Virus record (IMG/VR): IMGVR_UViG_3300021959_000045
Span: 1 to 56,998 of that record
Origin: a virus
Taxonomy: Duplodnaviria > Caudoviricetes
Direction: 5' to 3' (one strand)
DNA length: 56,998 bases
The notes under the pieces were generated by a model, which worked only from the letters and a program-made list of their open reading frames with translations, was not told where the DNA came from and searched no databases. Made by a program: the position numbers and the translations under genes. Shown piece after piece: positions 37,269 through 46,584 of this stretch (its first letter is position 1; each line of letters opens with the position of its first letter).

Positions 37269-37439
37269 CTAATCCTTTTTTTCTTCTGCTTTGAAAGTAA
37301 TATCAAAATCAGGAACATTGTTTAATACAGAAATCACTTCTTCCATATGAGACTTGTATCCTAGTTCTCTACCAACATAGTAACTAATAGAACTAATCAT
37401 CATGATGAGTAAAGTCAACTCTAACGGATTAAAGAGCAT
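37269..37439 (-). CDS. Small membrane protein, 56 aa (not in the ORF track)
   Basis: MLFNPLELTLLIMMISSISYYVGRELGYKSHMEEVISVLNNVPDFDITFKAEEKKD; GGAGG RBS upstream. Confidence 0.7.
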   Translation of the reverse strand: MLFNPLELTLLIMMISSISYYVGRELGYKSHMEEVISVLNNVPDFDITFKAEEKKD

Positions 37440-37817
37440 TTAGAACGGCCTCCCAAAATCAACATTAGACCAACCTTCACCATCGACCATCCAAGCAGTA
37501 CCACACTTCTCGTTGACGACAATATCACCAACAGAAACCGAATGCATTCGAGTGAACTTCTGAATGCAAGACCCTTCAGGACCATATCCGTTACCTACAT
37601 GGAACACGTCTTCGAGGGTATCAACACCAGTAACACGAGCAACCGAAGCGAAGTGATCTGACATCCACGATTCATAGTTCTTAGAACCACCCATGAACTT
37701 GACATCACGGTGGATAACAATCTCAGGAAAATCTCCAAAGTCGCCATCCCAACCAACTGAATTCAAGTGGTCTCGGGCTTCTTCTGATAAGTGAAACTGG
37801 TGAATTAAATATGACAT
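37440..37817 (-). CDS. YodL-like domain protein
   Basis: TLEDVFHVGN...MHSVSVGDIVV...WMVDGEGW resembles YodL-like LE.IF..FN / SLSVSDIV / YVD..GF. Confidence 0.55.
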   Translation of the reverse strand: MSYLIHQFHLSEEARDHLNSVGWDGDFGDFPEIVIHRDVKFMGGSKNYESWMSDHFASVARVTGVDTLEDVFHVGNGYGPEGSCIQKFTRMHSVSVGDIVVNEKCGTAWMVDGEGWSNVDFGRPF

Positions 37818-38008
37818 TATACAGTCCTCACAATGTAAGCGGGTTTAGTTGGATCAATTTTGATCTCAGGATTAGTCACTTCTGTCACTTCATCCCAGAT
37901 TTCTGCATTCTTCAATGCGTCAAACAGAAACTCTGAAACGGCGGCGTGACGCCCACGATTAGCAACATACTCAGCGTAGGTGTCAAAGTCAGTGATTAAG
38001 TCAGTCAT
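37817..38008 (-). CDS. Hypothetical early protein, 63 aa
   Basis: Start moved to ATG 38008, downstream of a promoter and a purine-rich RBS. Confidence 0.7.
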   Translation of the reverse strand: MTDLITDFDTYAEYVANRGRHAAVSEFLFDALKNAEIWDEVTEVTNPEIKIDPTKPAYIVRTV

Positions 38009-38035
38009 ATCTCTTCTCTCATTCATTAAAAACAT

Positions 38036-38064
38036 ATTATCGCATATATCTGAACATTTGTAAA
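38036..38064 (-). promoter_or_regulatory. Sigma70-type early promoter
   Basis: TTTACA, 17 bp, GATAAT with TGn extension. Confidence 0.65.
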
Positions 38065-38068
38065 GTGC

Positions 38069-38129
38069 TAAGTTATTGATTTTAAAGGGGTAAATATTAA
38101 AGAAAAAACCTTGTATAATCAATGACTTA
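38069..38129. promoter_or_regulatory. Two inverted IHF-consensus boxes
   Basis: AATCAATAACTTA (minus, 38081-38069) and AATCAATGACTTA (plus, 38117-38129) both match WATCAANNNNTTR. Confidence 0.6.
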
Positions 38130-38163
38130 CAATCGAATTTTTTACATGAATTTTGGGAATACA

Positions 38164-38379
38164 TTATATTCCAGATATTCCTCTAATCTCGGCTTTGGTG
38201 AGGTCTCGGAACTTACGACGAGACACGGACCACTGTTTCTTAGGAGACGAGAAGATTAACGCCTCATTAGAACCCTCTGGCACGTAGCCGATGAGGTTTG
38301 TGCCCTCGGTTAGGTATATGTGTGAGGGTACCCGATACTCGCACTTGTCCCACACAGTGATCTCCTGGCGCACTCTCAT
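38164..38379 (-). CDS. Hypothetical early protein
   Basis: 71-aa ORF, GGAGG RBS, ATGA overlap. Confidence 0.75.
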   Translation of the reverse strand: MRVRQEITVWDKCEYRVPSHIYLTEGTNLIGYVPEGSNEALIFSSPKKQWSVSRRKFRDLTKAEIRGISGI

Positions 38380-38756
38380 ACAAAAGCCTCCAATAGTCCA
38401 GAACGAGAGGGATGACGTAACTTACGCAACGCTTTTGCTTCGATTTCCCGAATGCGTTGTCCGTTTACGGAGAACTGCCGCCCGACTTCCTCAAGAGTTT
38501 GGTCGCTTGGAACACCTATTCCGAAACGTGATCGAAGGATTTTAGCTTCTCGTGGAGTTAACATACCTAACATTTTTTCAACCACATCTTTGAGTTCTTC
38601 GGTATCGAAGTTTTCCTCGTAGGTAAGTCCATGATTTTCTTCATAAAAATCACAAGATACAGCCGTGTCCAAAACTTGAGGAGTAGTTGGTTCATCTAAA
38701 AGGCGAACGCCGCGATAGGTTTTTCTATCTGGGTTATATGGTCTCATGTGATTCAT
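38376..38756 (-). CDS. Stand-alone sigma70 (RpoD) region 4 protein
   Basis: LTPREAKILRSRFGIG...TLEEVGRQFSV...RIREIEAKALRKLRHPSRS is nearly the RpoD C-terminus; no region 2. Start may be 38747. Confidence 0.9.
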   Translation of the reverse strand: MNHMRPYNPDRKTYRGVRLLDEPTTPQVLDTAVSCDFYEENHGLTYEENFDTEELKDVVEKMLGMLTPREAKILRSRFGIGVPSDQTLEEVGRQFSVNGQRIREIEAKALRKLRHPSRSGLLEAFV

Positions 38757-38779
38757 TCCTTATCGTTAATTACAAAGTA

Positions 38780-38808
38780 ATTTTCGCACAGAATGACGAG
38801 TTTGTCAA
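38780..38808 (-). promoter_or_regulatory. Sigma70-type early promoter
   Basis: TTGACA, 17 bp, GAAAAT with TGn extension. Confidence 0.65.
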
Positions 38809-38855
38809 TGGTTTAAACCATGAAATCTAGGAATACGTTATATTCCGCTTTTTCA

Positions 38856-39521
38856 TTAATTGGGGGAGCTCTCATAGAGTTCTACAGTTTCGATTAACTT
38901 ACCAATCCACTTATCTCTCGTTTCGATAAAGATTTGGGGGTCTTCATCGTCTACAGCGATGATGGTAACGAGTTGTTCAATGGGCATTCCAGTTCGCTCT
39001 TCCCACATGACAGCATATCCAGCCTCTTGACAGAAGTAGTTTTCGACATACTCTATTCGTTTGAGTTTTTTGGAGGTTTTAAAGTCAATGATTGATATCT
39101 TACCATCAAATTCAGCAACACAATCAACACGACCAGCAAGACGTAAATGATCGGAATAAAGTGGACATTCCTGACCATATACTTTTCCAATCCGTTCATC
39201 TAAAATATCTTTGACGGATAGGAAGTTTGAGATGATGTTTGGCATATACCCCGAAAGATACCCAGAATCGTTGTTTATATATTTTTCAATCAACTCGTGG
39301 ACAGCGGTTCCTCTCTGAGAGGCACGAAAAGAGATTTGATTAGCTTTCTCTTCACCAATTCTTTTTTTCCATTTCGCAATCGAATCTTTTGAAAGAATAC
39401 TAAGAACTGTAGTTATTGATGGGTATCGTGTGCCATCAGGTGTGGAGTACTTACGACCAGATTCTTCTGTAACCGCATTGAGATCATCATAACCAAGATC
39501 AATTTTTATATGTTCAAACAT
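38856..39521 (-). CDS. PD-(D/E)XK exonuclease
   Basis: YPSITTVLS, RGTAVH, E.PLYS..L.LAGRVDCV, IIDFKTS, QEAGYA. Confidence 0.88.
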   Translation of the reverse strand: MFEHIKIDLGYDDLNAVTEESGRKYSTPDGTRYPSITTVLSILSKDSIAKWKKRIGEEKANQISFRASQRGTAVHELIEKYINNDSGYLSGYMPNIISNFLSVKDILDERIGKVYGQECPLYSDHLRLAGRVDCVAEFDGKISIIDFKTSKKLKRIEYVENYFCQEAGYAVMWEERTGMPIEQLVTIIAVDDEDPQIFIETRDKWIGKLIETVELYESSPN

Positions 39522-40302
39522 TTTTTAATTTGCCCTTTCGAAGTCTTGCTTCGTAGGATCTCCTTTGTTTACGGTTAAGTTTAGAGAGTTCTTCTGATGA
39601 AAGAACTCTAGTTTGTATTGCTTCGTCAAGTTTCTTTTTTTCTAGTTTTTCTTGTTTTTTACTTTTATGAACAGCAATAGTTACATTTTTCCCTTGAGGA
39701 ATTTTTATTTCATCATGGTCATGATGTAGGATAAATTGTACTTCATTTTCAAACTCTTTAAATAAATGATACCATATTGGACGCCAGTTATTCAAGAGCC
39801 TATAATTATTTGAGTGAGACCTATCACTATTTAAGTAAACATCTGTAATAGAACGCATGTTGAAATCTAATATAGTATCGAATCCATACATGTGAATTTC
39901 TTTAGGTTTAAACTTCGTTGCAGCAAAGTGTGTAGCCATATGACCACAATTGAAGTTTGTGGCAGACATCGGGTCTCCTTCTGGTCCACAATACTTCGGA
40001 ACAGTCAGATAGAAATCTCGAATATTCTGAGCGTACTTTAAATAAAATACTGATTGACCAGGATCGTTCATCCAGATTTTAGGACGGTTACCCAAAACCC
40101 AACGAAACATGTCAAGATTTACATGACCTTCCGTTAGGGCCAGCATCATCTTAAAATCTACCATACATGTTGCATAAACATTTTCAATATGGAATGGGGG
40201 CATATTACAAACGAGCCTTGTTCCTGAAGGTTCGTTCATATCATCCCAAAAAACGGATTTATCTCCGTTACCTATAATGTGGACAACATCATTACTTCTC
40301 AT
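39514..40302 (-). CDS. Putative Maf/DUF115- or GT42-like transferase
   Basis: HIIGNG.S, CN, VD, NCGH.A, EIHMYGFD spaced as in the sialyltransferase-like fold. Confidence 0.5.
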   Translation of the reverse strand: MRSNDVVHIIGNGDKSVFWDDMNEPSGTRLVCNMPPFHIENVYATCMVDFKMMLALTEGHVNLDMFRWVLGNRPKIWMNDPGQSVFYLKYAQNIRDFYLTVPKYCGPEGDPMSATNFNCGHMATHFAATKFKPKEIHMYGFDTILDFNMRSITDVYLNSDRSHSNNYRLLNNWRPIWYHLFKEFENEVQFILHHDHDEIKIPQGKNVTIAVHKSKKQEKLEKKKLDEAIQTRVLSSEELSKLNRKQRRSYEARLRKGKLKNV

Positions 40303-40957
40303 TATACATCAATTTCCGTATCATTAACTTGCCTTTATATCCGGTCCAGTGCATCGCCAACTTGTTTGGATTATCGTGTCCGTCGTTTTCCAACTGAACC
40401 CTTAACCAGTTGTATATATTAGGTAACGAAACAATAGTTCCGATACGCAATATCGGATTATCACGTATTAGTGAATGAAGAGTTTCTTGATCTCCTTGTA
40501 TGGGGTTGTCAATACACGCTTGGGCCCAACTCGTTAAAATTTGAGGTTTATTCTTTATCGCAACCACACCACTGTTATGCCAAGTCTCGCCGGTTCGTAT
40601 TGACCAAGGTTTATCTTCAACCATCGCTAATGTTTTTTCTTCTGCATATCTAAACACTCCCGACATGTCACCTAAAATTTGAATATCAGTATCTAACCAA
40701 CACGCATATTCACTTTTTATTTTTAGAAGAGCTGCTGGTTTTAAAAACCAAGCCACTTTTTGTCCTTTTTTAATAGGAATGACATCGTCAAATCCACTAA
40801 CTTGATATGCCCAAGCACGTGTTTCTTCTGTTAATCCAAAGTCCATAAGAACAATGGGTGTGTCGTTATGTTTGAGGTAGTTTTTTAGAAACCAAGGCAA
40901 CATCCATTCTGTTTTATCGTCACAACCAGTAATAAAACATTTACTGTAAGATTTCAT
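40292..40957 (-). CDS. GT-A glycosyltransferase
   Basis: ITGCD, DFGL, WFLKP, WLDTD (DxD), NSGVV, GDQETL, HWTG. Confidence 0.8.
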   Translation of the reverse strand: MKSYSKCFITGCDDKTEWMLPWFLKNYLKHNDTPIVLMDFGLTEETRAWAYQVSGFDDVIPIKKGQKVAWFLKPAALLKIKSEYACWLDTDIQILGDMSGVFRYAEEKTLAMVEDKPWSIRTGETWHNSGVVAIKNKPQILTSWAQACIDNPIQGDQETLHSLIRDNPILRIGTIVSLPNIYNWLRVQLENDGHDNPNKLAMHWTGYKGKLMIRKLMYNEK

Positions 40958-41588
40958 AGTTCCTTCCCCCTTTCCAATTGTGTTTTGCTAGACACCCAGC
41001 TTCTTTTTGTAATGTCGTAAATGAATCGTTTGCCATAACCGGCCATGGGTAAAATTCCTGTAAAAAAGGAAATAATTGCCTTCGTAGAAAAATATCAGTC
41101 GGACCGGCCATTTCTTTAGCTGTTTCGATAAGAAGTTTTGCACCATCAGGTTTAAGTCGGTAGGCGTGTGCTCCTGGAAAGTATGGTTTAGAAGTTAACG
41201 GACCTACACCAATAAACATTGGTGTATTGTATTTTCCGTAACTAGGTTGACCCAAAGATATTATCTTATCATAATTTATATGTAAAGGCAAGTTATTTAT
41301 TGCAACAGCATCGTGTTCGAATATTTGATATTCAACATTGTCTTCGACGCATTTTTCCCAAAGAGTGTAGTGAGAAAGGAATGCTGATAAACCAGATTCG
41401 AAATATGAAAACTTTTCAATAAAATTTTTTGTAGGCAAACCCTTCTCTTTAAATAATTTTTGTGGATCGTCTTTGGGGGTAAACGCATCAAACATTTTAA
41501 CATTGTGACCGGGCATAGATTTAATACAACGTTCAGCCACTGCAACTGATTTTGGGTTCGACTTAATTGTTATAACAAATGATTTCAT
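40941..41588 (-). CDS. Glycosyltransferase family 25-like
   Basis: FVITI, FDA, AFLSHYTLWEKC, IFEHDA, GAHAYRL.P.GA..LI, PTD. Confidence 0.8.
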   Translation of the reverse strand: MKSFVITIKSNPKSVAVAERCIKSMPGHNVKMFDAFTPKDDPQKLFKEKGLPTKNFIEKFSYFESGLSAFLSHYTLWEKCVEDNVEYQIFEHDAVAINNLPLHINYDKIISLGQPSYGKYNTPMFIGVGPLTSKPYFPGAHAYRLKPDGAKLLIETAKEMAGPTDIFLRRQLFPFLQEFYPWPVMANDSFTTLQKEAGCLAKHNWKGGRNYEILQ

Positions 41589-41592
41589 GTGA

Positions 41593-42177
41593 TTACGTGT
41601 TTAATGTATTTTCTAAAATAGTATAACCGACATTTGCTTTTTCTCGAAAATTTATTCGCCACGGAGTTATACCAGAACAAAAACTTTCTGCGACACGATA
41701 TAATCTATCATCCGCTCTTCCAAACAATCTAGAAGTATCATGAAGAACAATGTACTTTTTAATAGTACTTTTATGTACTTCTAGTTCTTGTATCAGGTGA
41801 GCTGGTTGATGATTACTATCAATCAAAAGTAAATCGGTTGGACTCAAAGTTTTGGTATCAGTGGAAGACATTTCTTTAACAGTTAGTCGTATATTATTTT
41901 CTTTACAGTAATCATTAAATAAGTTTTCGAAGGGTCTCCATCGGTGCATATCTATATCGACTAAAGTTACAGACTTGGGATTAGTCAAACAGGCCGCGGC
42001 TGCACTTGCACCTTGATGTGTTCCAAGTTCTTTATAACTATCACACGACTTCATTAATCTTTGCATGGCATCATGTTGCCAACAATAGTCGATCCCGTGA
42101 GCCTCTTCGTGTTGTTTTCGTATTTCAGTATAAAATTCAGGTAATGTTTTTACATGGTCTAATTTGGCATTTATCAT
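41593..42177 (-). CDS. Class I SAM-dependent methyltransferase (Methyltransf_24-like)
   Basis: ELGTHQGAS, VDID, DLLLIDSNH, IVLHDT. Confidence 0.8.
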   Translation of the reverse strand: MINAKLDHVKTLPEFYTEIRKQHEEAHGIDYCWQHDAMQRLMKSCDSYKELGTHQGASAAAACLTNPKSVTLVDIDMHRWRPFENLFNDYCKENNIRLTVKEMSSTDTKTLSPTDLLLIDSNHQPAHLIQELEVHKSTIKKYIVLHDTSRLFGRADDRLYRVAESFCSGITPWRINFREKANVGYTILENTLNT

Positions 42178-42737
42178 TGATTGTTTCTCCTACAAACTAA
42201 AACTGTGCTTGTTTTACTTCCTAAAAATTTTTCAATAATAGTCATACCTTTACTTGTAATAAGACTTTCAATTTCATTTTGAGTAGCTAAAAGTGGATCG
42301 GCGGCTTCACAAACCGAATCTGATTCACTATATTCTAAATAAAGTACTCCGGAAGGAGATAATTGATCTTTCCACGTCATTATAGTTTTTTCTGGTTCTA
42401 TTGTATGATCAAAAGAATTTGAATACAATATGTCAGCTTTTCCTATCCATTCTTCTTTGGGAATAGTAAAATCATGTTGAATAGTCATTTCAAACTGAGA
42501 AGCCGTATCACTAATTTCGGTTCCGATAATGTATGCTTCAGGAAATCTTTTCTTAAAGAATTTTTGTTCAGCGCCATTTCTCGTTCCATGACATATAATA
42601 AAACCCGCAAAGGCACTTTTTTTACAGATAATTTCAATTACATTTTCTCGAACATAAACCCAATCTAATTTAATTTTATTAACCTTTGTTTGCCATTCTA
42701 CATAATCTTCGTAATTTTTATATTCATAAATTTTCAT
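42174..42737 (-). CDS. SAM-dependent methyltransferase-like protein
   Basis: ICHGTRNGAE, GTEIS, HDF, DILYSNSFDH, L.P.G.LYLE. Start moved to 42737 (TAATG). Confidence 0.75.
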   Translation of the reverse strand: MKIYEYKNYEDYVEWQTKVNKIKLDWVYVRENVIEIICKKSAFAGFIICHGTRNGAEQKFFKKRFPEAYIIGTEISDTASQFEMTIQHDFTIPKEEWIGKADILYSNSFDHTIEPEKTIMTWKDQLSPSGVLYLEYSESDSVCEAADPLLATQNEIESLITSKGMTIIEKFLGSKTSTVLVCRRNNQ

Positions 42738-43552
42738 TAATATATTCCCCACCTTGTCTCTTCTAGATTGGTGATTCTCCACAACTTATCATAATCGTAG
42801 TCATCAGCACCACGCAATTGTATATGCACAAATTTTGTATTTTCTGTTCTAGTATCTATAACAGGTCTTCGGGGACCAGTAGTTTCCGGCAAGTAATGCA
42901 CATAACTATTCCATCCAGAATCAAGGGCAGTCCATTCTAAATTAGCAACTTCTAACATAGCATGAAGATAACCTTGGTCGGACGCATAAAAACTATCAAT
43001 TCCAGCGGAGATAATGAATTTATAAAAGGTTTCAAATTTTACGAAATTCTTTCTGCAATATTCTCTCCCTTCTTTTGTGTACAACACAACACCAGAATTA
43101 TAAACTTTCATTAACCCATCTTTACGACGAGGCAACTCTTTATTGTATATGTTTTTTATTAAGGTGCCGAACCGTTCATCCGAAACATTGTTAATCCTGC
43201 CAACCGTATACTTCTTCCTCATATCGGGTTGTAACTTTTCTTCACAAAGTCCGATGTGTTTTATGGGTATGTCAAATATGTTTTCATCTAATCCGTCAAC
43301 TGGAAATATATCTGTGTCTAAGAAAAGTACATTATCATACTGTTCAAAGTATTCGTCATAAACCACTTTGAATTGTCCATAGTGTGGGGTAAACTTACCT
43401 AGATTTCTATTTTGTTTAATTAACCATTTGGAATCTTGTTCGAAGAGGTGTTCTGCTCCAATTTTTTTGGCATATTCCTTCATTGATTTCACTGAAGCTC
43501 GTGTTCCGGGCAAATCTTTGCCGTCATAATATTGGTATATTAGATTTTTCAT
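42737..43552 (-). CDS. GT-A glycosyltransferase (paralogue 1)
   Basis: MKNLIYQYY, YAKKIGAEH, YDNVLFLDTDIF, YNSGVV, DQGYL, WN, FVH. Confidence 0.8.
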   Translation of the reverse strand: MKNLIYQYYDGKDLPGTRASVKSMKEYAKKIGAEHLFEQDSKWLIKQNRNLGKFTPHYGQFKVVYDEYFEQYDNVLFLDTDIFPVDGLDENIFDIPIKHIGLCEEKLQPDMRKKYTVGRINNVSDERFGTLIKNIYNKELPRRKDGLMKVYNSGVVLYTKEGREYCRKNFVKFETFYKFIISAGIDSFYASDQGYLHAMLEVANLEWTALDSGWNSYVHYLPETTGPRRPVIDTRTENTKFVHIQLRGADDYDYDKLWRITNLEETRWGIY

Positions 43553-44451
43553 GCGAAATAACTATCGTAGGTTTCTTTAATGGCCGTTTCAAATGGTGTG
43601 AATTCATACCCAAACTCTTGATTGAATCTGGTTCCATCAATGGATTGATAAGGAATTTCTTTATAGTTTCCGGGCTTTTTAACTGTAATAGGTCCAACGT
43701 CATGTTTCAAAATTTTAGTTATATTTTTAGCAAGGTTACTAATAGATATAGAAGAATTGGAACTTAAATTATAAGCCTGATGTTTGGTCTTTTCAGTTGC
43801 TAAAATATAAATCATTTCAGCGACATCTTTTACATAGATGAAATCTCGAAATATATTATCACCTTCTTCGTGTACAGGAATACCTTTACCTTCCCGAATA
43901 CATTTCATAGCTTTAGGAATAATTCTACTATAAGAATAATCTCCCGCACCAAATATGTTAACTGGGCGCACACTTACAATGTCCATAAGATACTGTTTTC
44001 TATAAAAATCACAGAACTGTGCCGCCAAGACTTTAGAAAATTCGTAGGGTGAGTTAGGATTTAGTGTAGCATTTTCCTTGGTAGGCACCTCTTCTTGAAA
44101 ACCATATACCTTGTCGGTTTCAATCACGATAGTTTTTTCACATCCAGCAAACTTTGCTGCTTCTAAAATAGAAGCAGTACCTAACCCATTAATCATAAAA
44201 GAATTAAAGGGGTCTTTTGCACAATCAGCAACAATAGGTTTACCTGCAATGTGAATTATTTGTCCAATGAATTTTTCACTGACAATTTGAGAAACTTTAT
44301 TTTTATCCAGAATGTCACAAGCATATTGTTGATATTCGCAGTTCTGTCTAATAGACCTTGAAAGACCAAATACTTTGTGACCTTTATTAATAAAATACTT
44401 TGCGGTGTGGTCGCCTAAAAAACCAGAGTGCCCAGTAATAAGAACATTCAT
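43549..44451 (-). CDS. NAD-dependent nucleotide-sugar dehydratase/epimerase (CDP-glucose 4,6-dehydratase-like)
   Basis: TGHSGFLG, TDKVYG, YEFSK (YxxxK), RPVNIFGAGD, RDFIYVKD. Confidence 0.88.
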   Translation of the reverse strand: MNVLITGHSGFLGDHTAKYFINKGHKVFGLSRSIRQNCEYQQYACDILDKNKVSQIVSEKFIGQIIHIAGKPIVADCAKDPFNSFMINGLGTASILEAAKFAGCEKTIVIETDKVYGFQEEVPTKENATLNPNSPYEFSKVLAAQFCDFYRKQYLMDIVSVRPVNIFGAGDYSYSRIIPKAMKCIREGKGIPVHEEGDNIFRDFIYVKDVAEMIYILATEKTKHQAYNLSSNSSISISNLAKNITKILKHDVGPITVKKPGNYKEIPYQSIDGTRFNQEFGYEFTPFETAIKETYDSYFA

Positions 44452-45107
44452 ATTAAACCCCTTCTCACTAATTCGTTATAATTTTCTATTTTCTTTCTTT
44501 TTGGTCCGGTTGGTGTTACCTTTGTTCGAATATGAATAAGAGCAGCGTTTTCTATTCCTTCTCTATAAGAACAATGACACCATTTATATTCATCAGGCAG
44601 CGTTGAGAATTTTAGGCCTGATAAATGCGCTAATCGATGCATACACCCCTCATCATAGTACGATGAGTTAAATTTTGCCAGTTCATTTATATCAATATTT
44701 TTACGCAATCTTTTCCTTTCTTCTTTGTTAAATCTGTATATTGCACCGCCCCAATATGGGTATGACATACTACCCAAAAGTGGGAATTTTCTAACCAAAC
44801 TGCGGTGTAACGATTGTTGTATGCTTGCATACATTCCAATGCCTTCAACATCAGTAAAGATGTTTTCTTTTTGGTTTTTTCTTTCGAACATATCAATGTC
44901 TAACATAACAACCATATCATAATCATCATACTTATCGGAGAGTGCACACAATTTTTGAGACTGAACAGAAAGTTCTTTTCCCATTGGTTGTCCTAACACC
45001 AATTCATATTCACCACCACATTTCTTAGCATAGTTAGAAATGTTATCGACAGATAGTTTTTCTAGTTCACCAAGTTCACCATGATAGTGTTGTAAAATTA
45101 TATTCAT
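44448..45107 (-). CDS. GT-A glycosyltransferase (paralogue 2)
   Basis: MNIILQHY, YAKKCGGEY, YDMVVMLDIDMF, DEGCM, LIHIR. Confidence 0.72.
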   Translation of the reverse strand: MNIILQHYHGELGELEKLSVDNISNYAKKCGGEYELVLGQPMGKELSVQSQKLCALSDKYDDYDMVVMLDIDMFERKNQKENIFTDVEGIGMYASIQQSLHRSLVRKFPLLGSMSYPYWGGAIYRFNKEERKRLRKNIDINELAKFNSSYYDEGCMHRLAHLSGLKFSTLPDEYKWCHCSYREGIENAALIHIRTKVTPTGPKRKKIENYNELVRRGLI

Positions 45108-45112
45108 GTATT

Positions 45113-45847
45113 TTAACCTTCTTTAATAAATTCAACCATCACATTTTTATCGTGATTAACCCATCCATGCCAATTTCTATGATTGTTGCCGAAGGGTTCA
45201 CTTATGATTTGATGCCAACCATATTCAGCCGCTCGCAATCTTTTTTCTGTATGAAGTTTTGTTACATCATCATGATTGAAAAATGAACGAGGATGAATAA
45301 TCAATTGGTCTAGTATCCACTTTCTCATTTTTGGATTGTTAACATAGTTTGATTCATAAAGTTTTTTAAACTGTGGTTTTATGGTTACTGCAAAACAATT
45401 CGCTCTATTGTTTTCATAAGAATCTACAAGATAGGGTGTAAAATCTACTCTATTATTATTCCATATAAAAGCATCAAATCTTGTTCTGACTATTATATCA
45501 TATTTTTCTTTTAGAGTGTTTACTAACATTGAATGAATTAAAATTTGTTTTGTGTGATGTTTAGTCCATTCTATTTTATTAGCTCTAATGACCCAAGCTT
45601 TTGTTTCTTCCCAATCTTTAGATGAAAAATCTTTAATATCCATATAAGGGTGGTATAACATTACTGGCTCTTGAAAAGTTTCACACTTATCGTCTGGAAA
45701 ATGTTTATAGAATAGTTCTTCCCTACCTTTCCAAGTGGCGTAATAAAAATCCGCATCAGGAAATTTTTCTTTTAAAACCCGATTGTTTCTTACCTGAAGA
45801 TTATATCTACTTTCAGGAACACCAGATACGCACACCGCTACTTTCAT
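45113..45847 (-). CDS. Hypothetical glycan-island protein, possible transferase
   Basis: MKVAVCVSG, F..TW, YDIIVRTRFD motif seen in LPS/capsule-locus proteins. Confidence 0.6.
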   Translation of the reverse strand: MKVAVCVSGVPESRYNLQVRNNRVLKEKFPDADFYYATWKGREELFYKHFPDDKCETFQEPVMLYHPYMDIKDFSSKDWEETKAWVIRANKIEWTKHHTKQILIHSMLVNTLKEKYDIIVRTRFDAFIWNNNRVDFTPYLVDSYENNRANCFAVTIKPQFKKLYESNYVNNPKMRKWILDQLIIHPRSFFNHDDVTKLHTEKRLRAAEYGWHQIISEPFGNNHRNWHGWVNHDKNVMVEFIKEG

Positions 45848-46582
45848 TTATTTTGTTCCCTGAAAGTATATCCATTGTTTGTGGCTACACCCAGGCCCGG
45901 TGGGTCTTAAATCAGTAAGAATATCTTTGAACCCAATCTTTTCTAGATCTCCAATCACTTGTTTTTCATTAGTAACACTAACATCATGAAATCCATTTGT
46001 AGTTCTCGCTGAGAAATCGTTATCATAATAACCAGCCGTCATTATAATGTTGTTCCTAATATAGGTCATATAATTTGAACTTGTCACATCTCTTCCACCA
46101 TATCCCATCTGGAAACAGATATGACCGCCTGGTTTGAGAACTCTGTAAGCATCTTCTAAAATAGAATACCTAATATCGTAACTGGCGATGTGTTGTAAAC
46201 AGATAACACTAAACCAAACGTCATAAGATTCATCATCAACTGGCGTGGTTTTTCCATCACATACGTATAAGTTACTGTCCTCTATACCAGCACCTTTTAA
46301 ATTTATCTTTGCGTTTTCTATATTTGTTTTTCCAATATCAACACCATCAATTCTTTTAAATCTATTATTAAACTTAATGATGTTTCTTCCTGGGCCAGTT
46401 CCGTAATCTAAAGCAACCAAATCGTTAGTGATAAAATTTTTAAACAGAAAAGTATCATAATCTTCCCATAAATTATGTTTATCATATCCACCAACAACCG
46501 GATTTTTATTTTTTAAAGACCATTTAGAAGCCGCATTTTCATAATGATCGAATTGCATTTTTAGATATTTGTCTATCGACAT
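45848..46582 (-). CDS. Class I SAM-dependent methyltransferase
   Basis: ALDYGTGPGR, GVDI, CDG, YD..FSVICLQHI, RVLKPGG. Confidence 0.9.
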   Translation of the reverse strand: MSIDKYLKMQFDHYENAASKWSLKNKNPVVGGYDKHNLWEDYDTFLFKNFITNDLVALDYGTGPGRNIIKFNNRFKRIDGVDIGKTNIENAKINLKGAGIEDSNLYVCDGKTTPVDDESYDVWFSVICLQHIASYDIRYSILEDAYRVLKPGGHICFQMGYGGRDVTSSNYMTYIRNNIIMTAGYYDNDFSARTTNGFHDVSVTNEKQVIGDLEKIGFKDILTDLRPTGPGCSHKQWIYFQGTK

Positions 46583-46584
46583 TT

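Noticed and set aside
38009-38164. N-terminal 52 aa of ORF 37817-38164 (also the extensions called for gp4, gp32 and thyX)
   Set aside because: They run through promoter or intergenic sequence or neighbouring genes; downstream ATGs have better RBS and family-typical starts.
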